Under the pieces are notes generated by a model that saw only the letters and a program-made list of their open reading frames with translations, had not been told where the DNA came from and made no database searches. A DNA stretch of 64,000 bases from Octopus sinensis (Eukaryota): NCBI RefSeq assembly GCF_006345805.1, contig NC_043006.1, positions 101,618,001-101,682,000 on the forward strand, in the 5' to 3' direction. Shown here one piece after another: positions 38,706 through 51,138 of the stretch; position 1 is the first letter of the stretch, and each line of letters begins with the position of its first letter. Position numbers and translations under genes: made by a program.

Positions 38706-39999
38706 TTAATTTAAAAAATGGAAAATAAGTGCCATCACCATTTTAAAATCCTGCCAGTTATTGCTTAATAGTATTATTTCTTATAGATTTCAGTTTTATT
38801 CCCGAGTTTTATAAGAATTATGTGCAGGAAATAAGAGTTTCTATGTGGCTGTTTTGTTTCTTAAGAAGACCATCTGGTTTTTGTATCTTTTAAATAACCA
38901 AAGGAAAGCTTCTAAACTGAGAAAATAGAAAGCTTTTGTTAAGTGTAGTTTGAATAACAAAAATCAATAAACATTCAAGATGTTTTTTTTTATTTGACTT
39001 TTATTAAATATTTTCCTTCCAAATAAATAGAAGAGAAATTAAAAATACTTTTATTTTTAATTTAGTTTGCTTTGAAAGAAAAAAAATTAATAATTAGCCC
39101 CAAGAGATAACATGAACCCAAGACATCTATCTTGGAATCTTCATGATAACCTAATAATCTCAATGATTGCTCACACAGTATATGCTTCCACATTAGAAGG
39201 AGCTATGCCTTGAAGTCAGTCACAGGTGAAGCATACCACAAATTTTCATTATGCTATAGAAGTTTAATTCAATAGATATTCCTTCATTGAAAATAGCTCT
39301 GAAAAATCATTTCATGTTTTCATCTAGCACTTGTCTCTCACTCTCTCTGTTTGTGCTATTTGTGTATAGAATAGAAAGAGCAAACATGGGTGTGTGGTTA
39401 AAAAGTGTGTTTCCAGCCCCAGGCTGACCAAACCCTTGTGAGTAGAATTTTTTGGTGGATGGAAGCTACAAAACCCATTCTCTCTGTATTTGTGTGTGTG
39501 TGTGTGTGTGCATGCACGTGCACACATGTGTGTGCTTGTGTGCATCTATTTGACAATGTGTGATTGTTGTTAATGAATGTCACTTTCATACAAGTAGTGT
39601 GATTTGTTTTACAGTCTTCCATGAAAACCTGTTCAGTCAAAAGGGAATGGGTTACCTTACTTGGAAACAAGTGAGGGTTGGTGATAGGAAGGGCAGCTGG
39701 TTATTGTGAATCTGCCTCATTAAATTCCATCTGACCCCTGCATGCATGGAAGTGTAGTCTTTAAATCAATAATTGATGTGTACGTATGTGCATGCATGTG
39801 TGCACCACACACACACACACACACACATGCTAAACTTATAGGTAGATGTTTGATAATTTGTCATGAAATGAATGTGATTTTCTTTGTGCGCCAAGAATAC
39901 AAAGGTTTCAAGCTTCCACCTTCCTTCCATACAGAATCATATTAATACTATTTATGTCTCTGTATCTTTATCATTATTATTATTATTTCTGAAAGTAAG

Positions 40000-40230
40000 G
40001 CAGTAAGCTGGCAGAATTGTTACCATGCCAGATGAAAATCTTAGCGATATATCTTCTGACTTTATGTTCTGAGTACAAATACTGTCAAAGGTGACTTTGT
40101 CTTTCATTCTTTTGAGATCAGTGAAATAAGTACCAGTCAAGCACTGGGGTCAATGTAATCAACTTTCCCCTTCCCTTAAAAAAAAAAAAATTACTAGCTT
40201 TTTGGCAAAATTTGAAACCATTATTTCTGA
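40000..40230 (+). mobile_element. Family C SINE, older
   Basis: GTAAGCTGGCAGAATTGTTA...GACTTTGTCTTTCATTCTTT...AAATAAGTACCAG...CTGGGGTCAATGTAATC. Confidence 0.75.
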
Positions 40231-41559
40231 AAGCAACAATGAATATTGTCTAATCAAGATTCCCTCTTGTATTAAAGTTCAATGGTTTAAGTTTGAAGGT
40301 CAAATCTAGACAGAGGAACTTTACATTTTGTTTCCAAGAGAAACAGAGAAGTAATTAATTCTAAATTTTCATATTTCTTTTATTTGATACTTCTCTGTGT
40401 CTAAGTCAGTCAATTATTTTGCAGAGTGAAAAGAAATTAGCTATAATTAAAAACTATTTGCAAGAATTCTGTGTGACAATGTTGATCTTTATTGGCAGAT
40501 ATTAATTGGGTAGAGTGAAACAAAAGGTACAGCAATATTAGTGTTCCTTCAGAAAAGTAGAATTGCAGCAGTAGTCATATCATATAACCATAAAAGATCT
40601 AGCTCTCTATTTGAATCCTACTGGAGTTGATTTTGCTTCTGTTATTTCTAGCATTGATAAAATAAGTACCAGTAATGCACTGAGGATTGAGGTAGTTGGT
40701 TGTATAACCTTCCCTTTATAAAAGTTCTTTGTGTCTGAAAGGAAAATATTAATATTCAGTGTATGACTTCCTGCTACAATTTGGCTCTGTGGGTCCTTAT
40801 TCAATAAAATTTCAAGCTGTTCCTTTATAAACAACATCATAAACAGCTATAGTAGAACTTATTATCATAACAATTAGGCTGTACTAGCACATCAAAACTA
40901 GAGGCATTATCCTATTAATGATAAATCGTGCTTTAGAAAACGCTATTGTATAGCTTCTTGCCAGATACTAATTAGCTAACTGTTGTATTTCTGTTTATCA
41001 TCTTCATCATTCTTTTAATACTTGCATTTCCATACATTTTTGGCTGGATCATCGTTACAGTGAAATTATCTGTCTACAGCTCTTCTTTCTGCAATATTGC
41101 ATCAGTTTCATGAGCTGTTCTTTTAACTTCAGTGCAAGTCTGAGTTAATTCTGGTACCTTTGTGTTCTATCTTGAGATTATGGTTCCTTTTCGCTTAGTT
41201 TATAACATTTCTTCTCATTACATTTCCACATTAATATTCTTGTTATTTGGCAACAAGTTAAGCCTGAAAATTAGAGTTATGATCATTACACATTTTTATT
41301 TATGTTTTGCAGACACAATTCTGAAGGACTACATTATTCAATATGGCATTCGTTTTTAATTCTATAAAATGATATGAGAGATATGCCTGTTATCTCTGGC
41401 AGAGCAAGTGACCATATAGAGGCTCTTTCATTGGTTCATTTGTATAATTGTCTCATTTTTACATATTGGCTAATACCTTTGGTTTTCGGTTTCATTCTTC
41501 AGCTCACTCCACTGGCCTTTTTAACAGATGTAATGCAACCAATATACACTTAATAGGTT

Positions 41560-41720
41560 TATGCATAGCTTTTTGGTATCGAGGTTTACTTTCCAACCAT
41601 GTGATTTTAGTTTCAGTCCCACTACCTGGCAAGTGTCTTCTACAAAGATACTGAGATTACCAAAGCTTTTTCAGTGGATTTCGTAAATGGATTCTGAAAG
41701 AAGCCCATTATGTATGTATA
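41560..41720 (+). mobile_element. Family A SINE head fragment
   Basis: TTTCCAACCATGTG...CAGTCCCACTACCTGGCAAGTGTCTTCTAC...GAAAGAAGCCC. Similar fragments lie at about 400-548(-), 15755-15890(+), 30722-30875(+), 39385-39480(+), 44640-44810(+) and 44995-45110(-). Confidence 0.7.
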
Positions 41721-41789
41721 CACATAATACACACACACACACACACACACACGCGCACACAATGGGCTTTTGTTTTATATATATATATA

Positions 41790-42050
41790 TATATAATAAT
41801 AAATATTAGGGAATAAATCCAAATTTACAGGGAAAAAAACAGATTTAGGATTAAATCCAATTTTATAGTAAAATATATAATATTAATTCGAGACAAAACC
41901 ACTATTTTGCAAAACAAACAAGGAAAGACTTAATCAATACGTAAAAATTTTTAATATAAGGAAATAAACCACCACTACAATCGTTTCATGTCTTCAATGA
42001 CATTCGTCAGGTGGATTTTCGATCTCCTAATCTGTTTTAATTTATATATA
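41790..42050 (-). mobile_element. Short non-coding Penelope-like/retrozyme-like unit hosting the 41972 hammerhead
   Basis: About 260 bp of AT-rich sequence bounded on both sides by (TA)n, containing a hammerhead motif and no coding capacity. Confidence 0.5.
41972..42014 (-). ncRNA. Minimal type I hammerhead ribozyme motif (dimer-type stem III), apparently intact
   Basis: Minus strand reads CCAC-CUGACGA-AUGUC(AUUGAA)GACAU-GAAA-CGAUUGU-A-GUGG. Both core boxes are present, with 4-bp stem I, 5-bp stem II and a GUA cleavage triplet. Stem III ACGAUUGU pairs fully with a second copy (6 Watson-Crick + 2 G-U). Confidence 0.85.
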
Positions 42051-42136
42051 TGTAAATGTATACATGTGGGGACTTGTATCCTTGAGTAAGACCCTTTATT
42101 TCTTGTTGCTTTAGTCCAGTCAGCTAATGAATAGGG

Positions 42137-42290
42137 CCTGTATTTCAAAGGGCCAGCCTTGTAACATTCTGTGTCACATAGTATATCCTCGAGAACTACT
42201 TTAAGTAGCTTGCACATCAATTTTATGAGCAGGCTGTTCTGTTGACCAGATTAACTGAAAAGCTCATCATCATAATCGACAGAATGTATA
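42137..42290 (+). mobile_element. Solitary tail T1 fragment
   Basis: CCTGTATTTCAAAGGGCCAGCCTTGT...GAGAACTAC...GAGCAGGCTGTTC. Confidence 0.75.
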
Positions 42291-42428
42291 TACGTACATG
42301 CGTGTATGTGTGTACACGTGTGCATAATTGTGTTTCCTTGTTTTGATACCGCATAACTGCAAATGAGTATCACCACAATATAAGTGGTGTGCTTCACATC
42401 CAGTCTTCTTACTCGAAACAAAATGGTG

Positions 42429-43010
42429 TAAGAGTTTGAAATGCATGTATCCAGTAGGGGTTGGTTGCGCTTAGCTGACTACGATGTTTTACACCTTTTT
42501 GTCTCAAGTGAGAATTTCTTTTCTCCATGAAAAGCTGCAGTGGAAAGCTTGCTATAACTTCAAATATCTCTCATACATGCTTGAATTGGTGTCAAGTTTG
42601 TTTACTCTTGGTTACTACTTCATGCATCTACTCAGAAATTTATTTCAGCCTAGCACCAATATGTGCCATCAATCAATAGTTTTGATTGATTTTTATAAGT
42701 GACAGTCTACTTCTTAGTCAGTTCTAAGTTACCTCTCTTTTGGTATCTGGTGCTAATGAGAATTAAGAGTTTGAAATATATATATCCCTCAGTCCATTAG
42801 GGTGGGGTGGGAGGTGCTCTGTGCTGACTATGGTATTTTGCATCTCTTTGGCTCAAGTGAGAATTTTTTCTCCATGATAGATTGCAGTGAAAAGCCTTTT
42901 ACAGGTTCAGATATCTCTCAAACATATTGGAACTAGTATCAAGTTTGTTTTCTCTCAGTCACTGCTTTGTACATTTACTCATAAATATAATTTTTTTTAT
43001 TGATATTTAT
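42429..43010. repeat. Diverged tandem duplication, period about 335 bp
   Basis: TAAGAGTTTGAAAT at about 42429 and 42764; CTCAAGTGAGAATTT...CTCCATGA...GCAGTG...ATATCTCTCA...TCAAGTTTGTTT is repeated. Confidence 0.85.
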
Positions 43011-43160
43011 GTTGCAATGGAATAATTGCTTCAATGGATATTTGAGTTCAAACTACATATACATTTACACATACCGTATATAAACAGAGGAATGAAAATT
43101 TATTGAAAATGTAGTGGTTGGTGCTAAGCAGTATATACATGGCTTTAAAATATCGTTTAC

Positions 43161-43190
43161 CTGCAGTGAGTTAAGTGTGATCAGCATAAT
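43161..43190 (-). CDS. Candidate micro-exon (30 nt), IMLITLNSLQ
   Basis: ATATTTACACAG| ... CAG|GTAAAC; one open frame. Confidence 0.25.
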
Positions 43191-43694
43191 CTGTGTAAAT
43201 ATTTTCCTTCAGTTTTACCTCAAGCAAGGCTTGAGGTTTTTATATGTGAGAAAAATCAAACCCAGAACTACAAGCTAATGAATCCTTTCCTAAGTTTATG
43301 TTCTTACTACTTAAAGATTAGAACTATACAACTTTGTGATACCTATTGATTAGTAACTTGACTGACCCATTAAGAAGTAAATATATTTTTGTCATTTTCC
43401 ATAACCATGCGTATTCATGGCAGATTATGGAATTCTGTTGTTGTTTAGGCCCAGGTCAGTTTTGATCAAATAGACCTATGACTAAAAGATATTCCAAATA
43501 GCATAAATGATTTGTCTTTGTGCATGTGTGTGTGTGTTTGATTGCATTAGCCATTGTGACTGTGATCTTAGTTTTATTTTAACCATCTACTTATCAAAAG
43601 CCTTATTGCAAAGGAACAAAATTCATTGCACCAATTTATACTGGTATGCACATATGTACCCATGCACATCATCATCAACAGCATAAACTTCATT

Positions 43695-43900
43695 ATTGTC
43701 ATCATTTTAAATCTGTTTTCCATGCTGACATGGGTTTGATGATTTTACGAGATGCAACAGGATAGAGGACCATGTTTTGCTCAAATATCTCATTTCTACC
43801 GGCTGGATACTTATTTTATCACTAGCCACTTTACAGAGTTTACTGGGTGCAATGTTTCTGGCACCAGCAGTATAGAGGTTGTCTTGTCATTAGAAAAACT
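43695..43900 (-). mobile_element. Old RTE-tail fragment
   Basis: TTTTCCATGCTGACATGGG...GGCTGGATAC...CCACTTTACAGAG. Confidence 0.6.
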
Positions 43901-43959
43901 AAGGAACCTTCTCAAGCCCTGAGATTTCATTACTCAAATTGATTACCAATCACTTACCA

Positions 43960-44400
43960 AGTGTCCTGGGAGATTTTTTTTGTGGTAGCAGTATTTGGGG
44001 ACTCCTAGCAATGTACAAAGCAAAAGAGAGTGCTCTGTGGTGGAACAGATTTATTGAGAGAGGATAGTAATGGAAGGAATATTGTTGGAGTGGGAGTGAA
44101 AGCGACTGGAAAAGGGGAAAGGAAAGAATAATGCTATTGATTAGTGTGAAGGAGGGTGAGAACAAAGTGGTAATGGTAATGAGGTGGTTTGAGTATGTGG
44201 ACTTATGGAAGATATGGATCAGTCAGTTTACTGTCACAACATAGGTTACACAGTTTGTAAGGGCTCAGGACAGTAGTTCTTCAAGTTACATAGGTGTATT
44301 GTTGAGAGGGGGTAGAAAAAGTGTTGGTAATAAGAGGGAAAGTGAAAAGTAGCATCAGGGTGTTTCTATCTAGTAGCATTAGGATCTTTAGCTCATTATA
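43960..44400 (-). mobile_element. Possible very old CR1/L2/Jockey-type LINE 3' remnant
   Basis: Purine/G-skewed plus strand and weak resemblance to LINE C-termini. Similar skewed tracts at about 7560-8010 and 31860-32120. No motif was firmly matched. Confidence 0.3.
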
Positions 44401-44407
44401 TGTGGTT

Positions 44408-44460
44408 TGTGCCTGATGATTATGTTTGAGATATTTCTCAACATGAAACTATTTGTAGAA
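44408..44460 (+). ncRNA. Decayed hammerhead-like motif
   Basis: CUGAUGA-UU, then a 9-bp bulged stem II (AUGUUUGAGA/UCUCAACAU), then GAAA-CUAUUUGU-A. Stem I is largely unpaired. Confidence 0.35.
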
Positions 44461-46824
44461 TTTAAAGACATGTATTGTGATCCTTAAGTAGATATTTATC
44501 TCTCACCAGATGAAGTACTTTTCGTTGATCATTCTATCATGGGACACTACATTATAAATACATATATTAATATATGTATACACAAAGAGAGAGAGAGAGA
44601 AGTAAGACAGCAGTGTGAGTTGAGTAAGAAGAAATATTATGCTACCCAGTTGCAGCATAGCCAGTGGGTTAAGAAGATCACTTCACAGTCACAAGGTCTC
44701 AAGTTCAATCTCACTGCATGGTTTCTTGAGCAAGTATCTTTAATATTGCTTTAAGTCAACCAACACCTTGTGATTGGACTGTGTAGACAGAAGCTGTGCA
44801 GAAACCTGTTGGATTGATTGTTCCTTCCATTCAGTCACAGTTTTACCACGTGCTCTGTCATGGTGATTCTCTCTTAGGATTTACACTTGGTACACATGCT
44901 TATGGAAATCAAACTGCTGAATCTTTGTTGTTAGAACAGTAGATAATCCACTTAGATATATATAATTCATACACAACTTGTTTCTTCAGTTTCCTCAAAC
45001 TAAATTCCATTCATACAGTATTGGTCAACTTAAGGTTATTGTAGAAGACATCCAAGGTAACACTAAGTAGGATACCATGTGGTTGTGAAACAAGTTTTTT
45101 AACTATGGAGTTATTCCTGAGAACACAGGAATAACTACATGGTTAAAAAAACTCATTTCACAACCTTATGTGTGTGTGGGGGGTGGGGGTGGAAGTTGGA
45201 TGTAAGTAAATAAAGTCCCTAGTTAGCAACCAGAGGGGGAGGCTGTTCTCTCAACCAATACACTGCTGTGAATGCTGCTGCAGGACAGACTCTGGTGATG
45301 ATGCTATTCCATGCGTTCCAATCCATGTTGCTGGTCTTCATATGCTTGAGCTCGAGGCACTGTGGCTTCAGGTCTTAGTTTGTTTGTTTCACTGTGCCGT
45401 CTTTGGCAAGCTGTGCTGGATTTAGTTGTACTAGGTGCAGCTGTCTCTAGGAAAGAGAGGACTTGTTACATTTGTTGCACAAAAGTTTGTGAGAATTGAA
45501 AAGTTTAATATCATCTGACAGTGACTATGGGTTTCTTCACAGATGGGGATAATCCCCCCTTTTTTTATCTCCTCCTGTCTCTTCCTGCTAACTTCTTTAC
45601 TGTTGGAGATAAAATAGTAGGAATACACATCCAAACTTTTTGTCACTTTCTTTCACTCACTTCCATTGACACTTTCCAAACTGTTTCCTAACATCTCTTT
45701 TAGTTCTACATTATTTTATCATCCTTCATCTATTTTTCTTCTCACGTTACTCTGCTTACTTTCAGTAAAATGCTGCTACTGCTGTTGTTGTTGTTGTAGC
45801 AGTTATCATTGCTCTTGTTCCTGTTGTTGTAGTTGATGTAGTCGGCTAATCTTTTGTTTAGCTGATAAACTGCTTCTTCTTGCAAACACTTGACAAATTG
45901 ATTTCAAGTTTTCTACAAGAGCTTCTGTTATCTTCGATCTGTTACAAAAATGTTCATCCCCACCATCATCATCATCATCATCATCATCACTATCATTGTC
46001 TTAATCGCCATCATTATTTTCTTCTTCTGCTCCTCCTCCTCCTTCTCCTCTGTTTCTTCAGCTTATTTCTTTTCCTTCTCTTCCTTCTATCTCTCCGCCT
46101 CTCCAATTGTGCAGGTGCCATAACTCTTGTGTTTCTATTGTTTATCAGAATAAGATAATAGTCCATTATTTTTTCATAGCCTACTTGTTAACAGATATGA
46201 ACAAAAAGACAACAGCTACATAAATTAATAAATATAAATAAACAAAAACCAAAAAAAAAAAAGGAAAAGGAAAAAAAATCCAGATTATTTCTTGGTAAGA
46301 TATCTTTTAAATTCAGGTATAAAAAGAAAAGAAAATAAAGTCAAAGCAAATGATTTTACCTGCTACTGCCTATATAACATTTTTATCTTAACTTTGACAA
46401 TGTAAAATATGTTCATTCCCAATAGTGATGGAAGTGAAATATACTCAGTGACTCAAATCCAGTATTTAACAAAGTAATCATTGGTTTTTGATTTTCATAC
46501 TGGTGTAGGTGATACAGGTCTGTAATACCATATTCCTTCATAAGTCTCTCTCTCTCTCTCTCTTTATCTATCTATCTATCTATCTCTCTCCCTCTCTCCA
46601 CCATCTTGTAGAAGACAATGTTTTCATATCTCACCTCATTACTTTATGCTAAATACATTCATGGTTTACATTTCATTTATGGTTTCTTGTTTAGACAAGA
46701 AGTTTTTTTATATATGCATATTACCATCTATGAATAGTTTTCAAAGATACAGGTATCTAATAGACCAATTTCTAGTTCACTGGGTGCTTTCCATTTTGTT
46801 TTATCCATTTGTCCAAGAGCTTGT

Positions 46825-46859
<35 letters not shown>

Positions 46860-46934
46860 ACACACACACACACATACACACGTACATACATACATACATG
46901 CATATGCACATACATACATAATTACCTCTATTTT

Positions 46935-47250
46935 TTCATCTTCTACTTGTTTCAGTCATCAGACTGTGGCCATGCTGGGGCTCTGCCTTGAAGAATTTTA
47001 GTTGAACGTATCAACCCCAGTACTTATTGTTTTCAAGTCTCTTTTGCCAAACTAGTAAATTACAAAGACATAAACACACACACATGCGCACAAAACAGGT
47101 TCCTTTTAGTGTCCGTCTACCAAATCCACTCACAAGGCTTTGGTCTTCTTGAGCTTATTGTAGAAGACACTTACCCAAAGTGGCATGCAGTGGGGCTGAA
47201 CCCAGAACCATGTGGTTGGGAAGCAAACATCTTACCACACAGCCTCTGTG
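46935..47250 (-). mobile_element. Family A SINE, older, internally deleted
   Basis: TACTTGTTTCAGTC...GGCCATGCTGGGG...CTACCAAATCCACTCACAAGG...ACCACACAGCC. Confidence 0.8.
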
Positions 47251-47584
47251 CCTCCACATAGCCATGCCAGCACACACACATATATATTTATGCACGCACA
47301 CACACATGTACACACACACAGTTTTTAAAATTCTGTGAATTATCCAATCTGCTTCAGGCCTTGCCTTAAGAAGCATCAAAGATATAAATGTTTAAGACTT
47401 CAAAGATACAGCTTCCCTCAACCTAACCTCACTGATTTCACTAGTTTAGAAATTGAAACAATAAAATATTGAAACATTAGTTAACATGTTGACACATTAA
47501 TAGCTTATGTCATTGACAATAAACTCAAACTCATTGTGGGCCAGATGGCAAAGCATTCTGCTATTTTCCACTGGGTTTGGCAAT

Positions 47585-48400
47585 AAGCTGGAAAATGTTT
47601 CTTTGATATACCAGGAACTAGAAAGACATTCCTAAATAGTCTGTTGCATGCCAAATTTGGCCAACATAAAACCATAACGCTTTCAGTTCTTTTTTAGGTA
47701 TTGCTACCACACTTCTGCCTGGTAACTGTATGGTATTTTTCTGCTTTCTAACTGTATTTGGATCAAGCATAAATGAAACCACCTGTTTTGTATCATTGCC
47801 AACCTTGTAACCTGACAACCTATCAAAGGATTGTCTGGTATGAATGCATACTGGCATCTTAGAGGCTCTGGACAGGACATTGCAGAACTTGGTACTGTCA
47901 TATGGGAAGAGTACCAACGTCATAGTCAGACCCTGCCAACTTACTCCAAAAAGAACAAAAGTTAATGAAATTCAATGTTAGACCAAATTTGAAATCTTCA
48001 AACTGTTTGCTAAACCTGAGAGCCAATCTTTTTGAAGATGATCTATCTAGTCATTTTGCCAAAAAATTGTTACATATTGGAAATAATATACTTTTTACTG
48101 ACAGTAATGGTGCCAGAAATTAATATCAAAGGTATTTCTTAATCTGCAATATCATTAATTAATAGTGGAAAAATCTTTAGGTCAACAGCATCAACTAGCA
48201 GCCATGGGAAACACATCTAGGAAATAGTCATATGTGTGAATCAATAAATATTTGAAGTAAACTTGGTGTGCATTACTTTGGGTATCAGAACTATGTCTTT
48301 CAAAGACATTCTCATTGGTGAAGAACCAGAATGTGGTGGATTCTTGAGCATGCTTCTTGTATCAAAAGTTTTCTCTGGGTTTCACCCTTGACTGGGCTGT
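47585..48400 (+). pseudogene. Helitron RepHel Pif1-type helicase fossil
   Basis: Broken plus-strand frames give, in the right order: AGKCFFDIPGTRKTFLNSLL (Walker A), LGIATTLLPG, RIVWYECILA/LEALDRTLQNL (Walker B region), SQTLP and LNLRANLFEDDLSSHFAKKLLHIGN. Confidence 0.88.
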
Positions 48401-48453
48401 TTCTGTATATCCACATACATTTGTATACATCTATGTATATAGATGTATGTACA

Positions 48454-48487
<34 letters not shown>

Positions 48488-48505
48488 CTCCCTCTCTCTC
48501 TCTCC

Positions 48506-48536
<31 letters not shown>

Positions 48537-48779
48537 TCTCTCTCTCTCCGTCTTTTTTAATTTGTTTACAAGAAACGTTTTAAATATACAATAAATCTCC
48601 TATTCCATCTTCCTGGCTAAAATCTAATGATATTGACTGGTGAAACAGTTTTTTGGGGTTGCACAGAATTGTACCAATATAATGTATGATAAATATAGTA
48701 ATAATAACAATAATCCTTGGATGGAATCATCCTAGGATTACTGTCATTATTACTCTGTGTGTGTGTTTGATGCTTGCAC

Positions 48780-48935
48780 CTTCAGGTGCTGGTGCCATTT
48801 AAAAAGCACTCATGCTGGTGCTGCATTGATGCACCCATGCTGATGGCACATAAAAAGCACCCAGCACATTCTGTTTAATGGTTGGTGTTACGAAGGGCAT
48901 CCAGCTGTAGAAACCATACCAAGACAGACAGTTAG
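48780..48935 (+). mobile_element. RTE-tail fragment with 3-4 subrepeats
   Basis: GGTGCCATTTAAAAAGCAC / GGCACATAAAAAGCACCC, then GAAGGGCATCCAGCTGTAGAAACC. Confidence 0.75.
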
Positions 48936-49577
48936 ACTACTGGTTACATTTTCTGTGTTTATTTGTTATTGTATGGTCATTTGGATTCTGCCTAGTTGCC
49001 TCCATGGTATTATGGTGGTTATTATTGAATCACATTAAACATAGGAGTGGAGTGTGGAACATTTTCACCACACCTAAACATTTTGGTAACACGCCATGCC
49101 TTCTGGTAAACTTTTTAAAGTGTCCACACCTGTTGTGTGTATGCATGCACTTGTGTGTGCACCTATATTAGTAGATGTACATATGTGTATGTATACACAC
49201 ACACACACACACTCATATTTTCATTTAATTTCATTGGATAAAAGTGTATTTATGAAAGTTTCTTTCCTACTGAAATAAAAGTAGTTTAAATTTTATGTAT
49301 GATCTTACAACTTATTTCTTTGTATTTTATGTATTTATTATTTAACTTCATATTCCACACTATAACAATGTCTTAAAACTGAACTGTATGTGTATGTGCC
49401 TACATGTATACACAAATACTTTCTACCTCAGACACACGTGCTCACACACACATACACACACATTTATTTATGTTCCTGTAATTTAGGAAGATTTACTTCC
49501 TTATTTCTTTATACCCATCGATTTTTGCGTGTTTCTTTTTAAAGAAATTGCATAAACAAATACACCCAATATGTATG

Positions 49578-49632
<55 letters not shown>

Positions 49633-49727
49633 GTATATATAATGATACATTTTCACAGAATAAATGTTTTTATATCAGTTCAAATGAAATTATATTGGTA
49701 TATATACTCTTAAGGTGAATTTGTCAA

Positions 49728-49830
49728 AGCTTACTTTCCAACCACATGGTTCTGGGTTCAGTCCCACTGCATGGTACCAGAGAGCCTTGTGAGTGGATCT
49801 AGTGGACAGAAACTGAAAAAGAAGCCCATC

Positions 49831-49882
<52 letters not shown>

Positions 49883-50390
49883 TCATCATCATTTAACGTC
49901 CGTTTTCCATGCTAGCATGAGTTGGACAGTTCGACCGGGGTCTAGTAAGCCAAGGAGGCTGCACCAGGCTCTAGTCTGATTTGGCAGTGTTTCTACAGCT
50001 GGATGCCCTTCCTAATGCCAACCACTCCGTGAGTGTAGTGGGTGTTTTTTACGTGCCACCAGCACAGGGGCCAGAGCAGGCTGGCAAACTGCCGCAATCG
50101 GTTGGTGCTTTTACGTGTCACCGACACGGACGCCAGTCAGGCGGCGCTAGTATCTGCTACGTTCGGACGTGTGTGTGTGTGTGTCTTTGTATCTGTATTT
50201 GTCCCCCATCACCACTTGACAAACCAGTGTTGGCATGTTCACATCCCTGTAACTTAGCAGTTCGGTAAAAGAGACTAATAGAATAATTACCAGAATTAAA
50301 AAATAAGTACTGGGTCGATTGATCAACTGAAGATTCGAGATGGTGCCCCAGCATGGCCGCAGTCTAATGACTCAAACAAGTAAAAGATAT
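49728..50390 (+). mobile_element. Family A SINE interrupted by a nested insertion
   Basis: Head 49728-49830, (TG)(TA)n, insertion, then (GT)n and tail 50170-50390. Confidence 0.85.
49881..50165 (-). mobile_element. RTE-tailed retroposon nested in the microsatellite of a SINE
   Basis: (CAT)n TTTAACGTCCG...GGATGCCCTTCCTAATGCC...GTGCTTTTACGTGTCACCGACAC, lying between the SINE head and SINE tail. Confidence 0.88.
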
Positions 50391-50740
50391 AAACGTATGT
50401 GAATATGGAAAAGTAAGGAGTCACATGTTGCTTCAAATCTTTTGTATGGAAAATGTTTTATTCTATACCTTTTTGAGGTTTGAGACTAAAAGGACTTTTC
50501 TTTTGTGTGTGTGTGTGGTTTTGGAAAAAATGTCATATTAAACTGACATGGAACTGCTTTCATTATACAGGATACCAGTCCATTGCAAGATTACTCATTT
50601 TTGTCATGCTGAATAGACAGAGCAATGTGAAGTTTTTTTCCTCAGAGCACAACACATTGCCCCTTCAGGAATTGAAACCATAGCCTTATGTTCAAAAGTC
50701 CAATACCATTTCCACAAAGCCATGCACCTCCTCTCTCAGG

Positions 50741-50762
50741 GTGTGAGTATGTGTGTATATGT

Positions 50763-50837
<75 letters not shown>

Positions 50838-50879
50838 TACGTATATATATATATATATGTGTATATGTGTATATATATA

Positions 50880-50931
<52 letters not shown>

Positions 50932-50971
50932 GTGTGTGTGTATATATTATATATATATGTGTGTGTGTGTG

Positions 50972-51032
<61 letters not shown>

Positions 51033-51054
51033 ATATATATATATATATATGTGT

Positions 51055-51091
<37 letters not shown>

Positions 51092-51101
51092 GTATATATA
51101 T

Positions 51102-51138
<37 letters not shown>

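Noticed and set aside
47618-47923. 101-aa minus-strand ORF
   Set aside because: Antisense to a recognisable Helitron helicase fossil.
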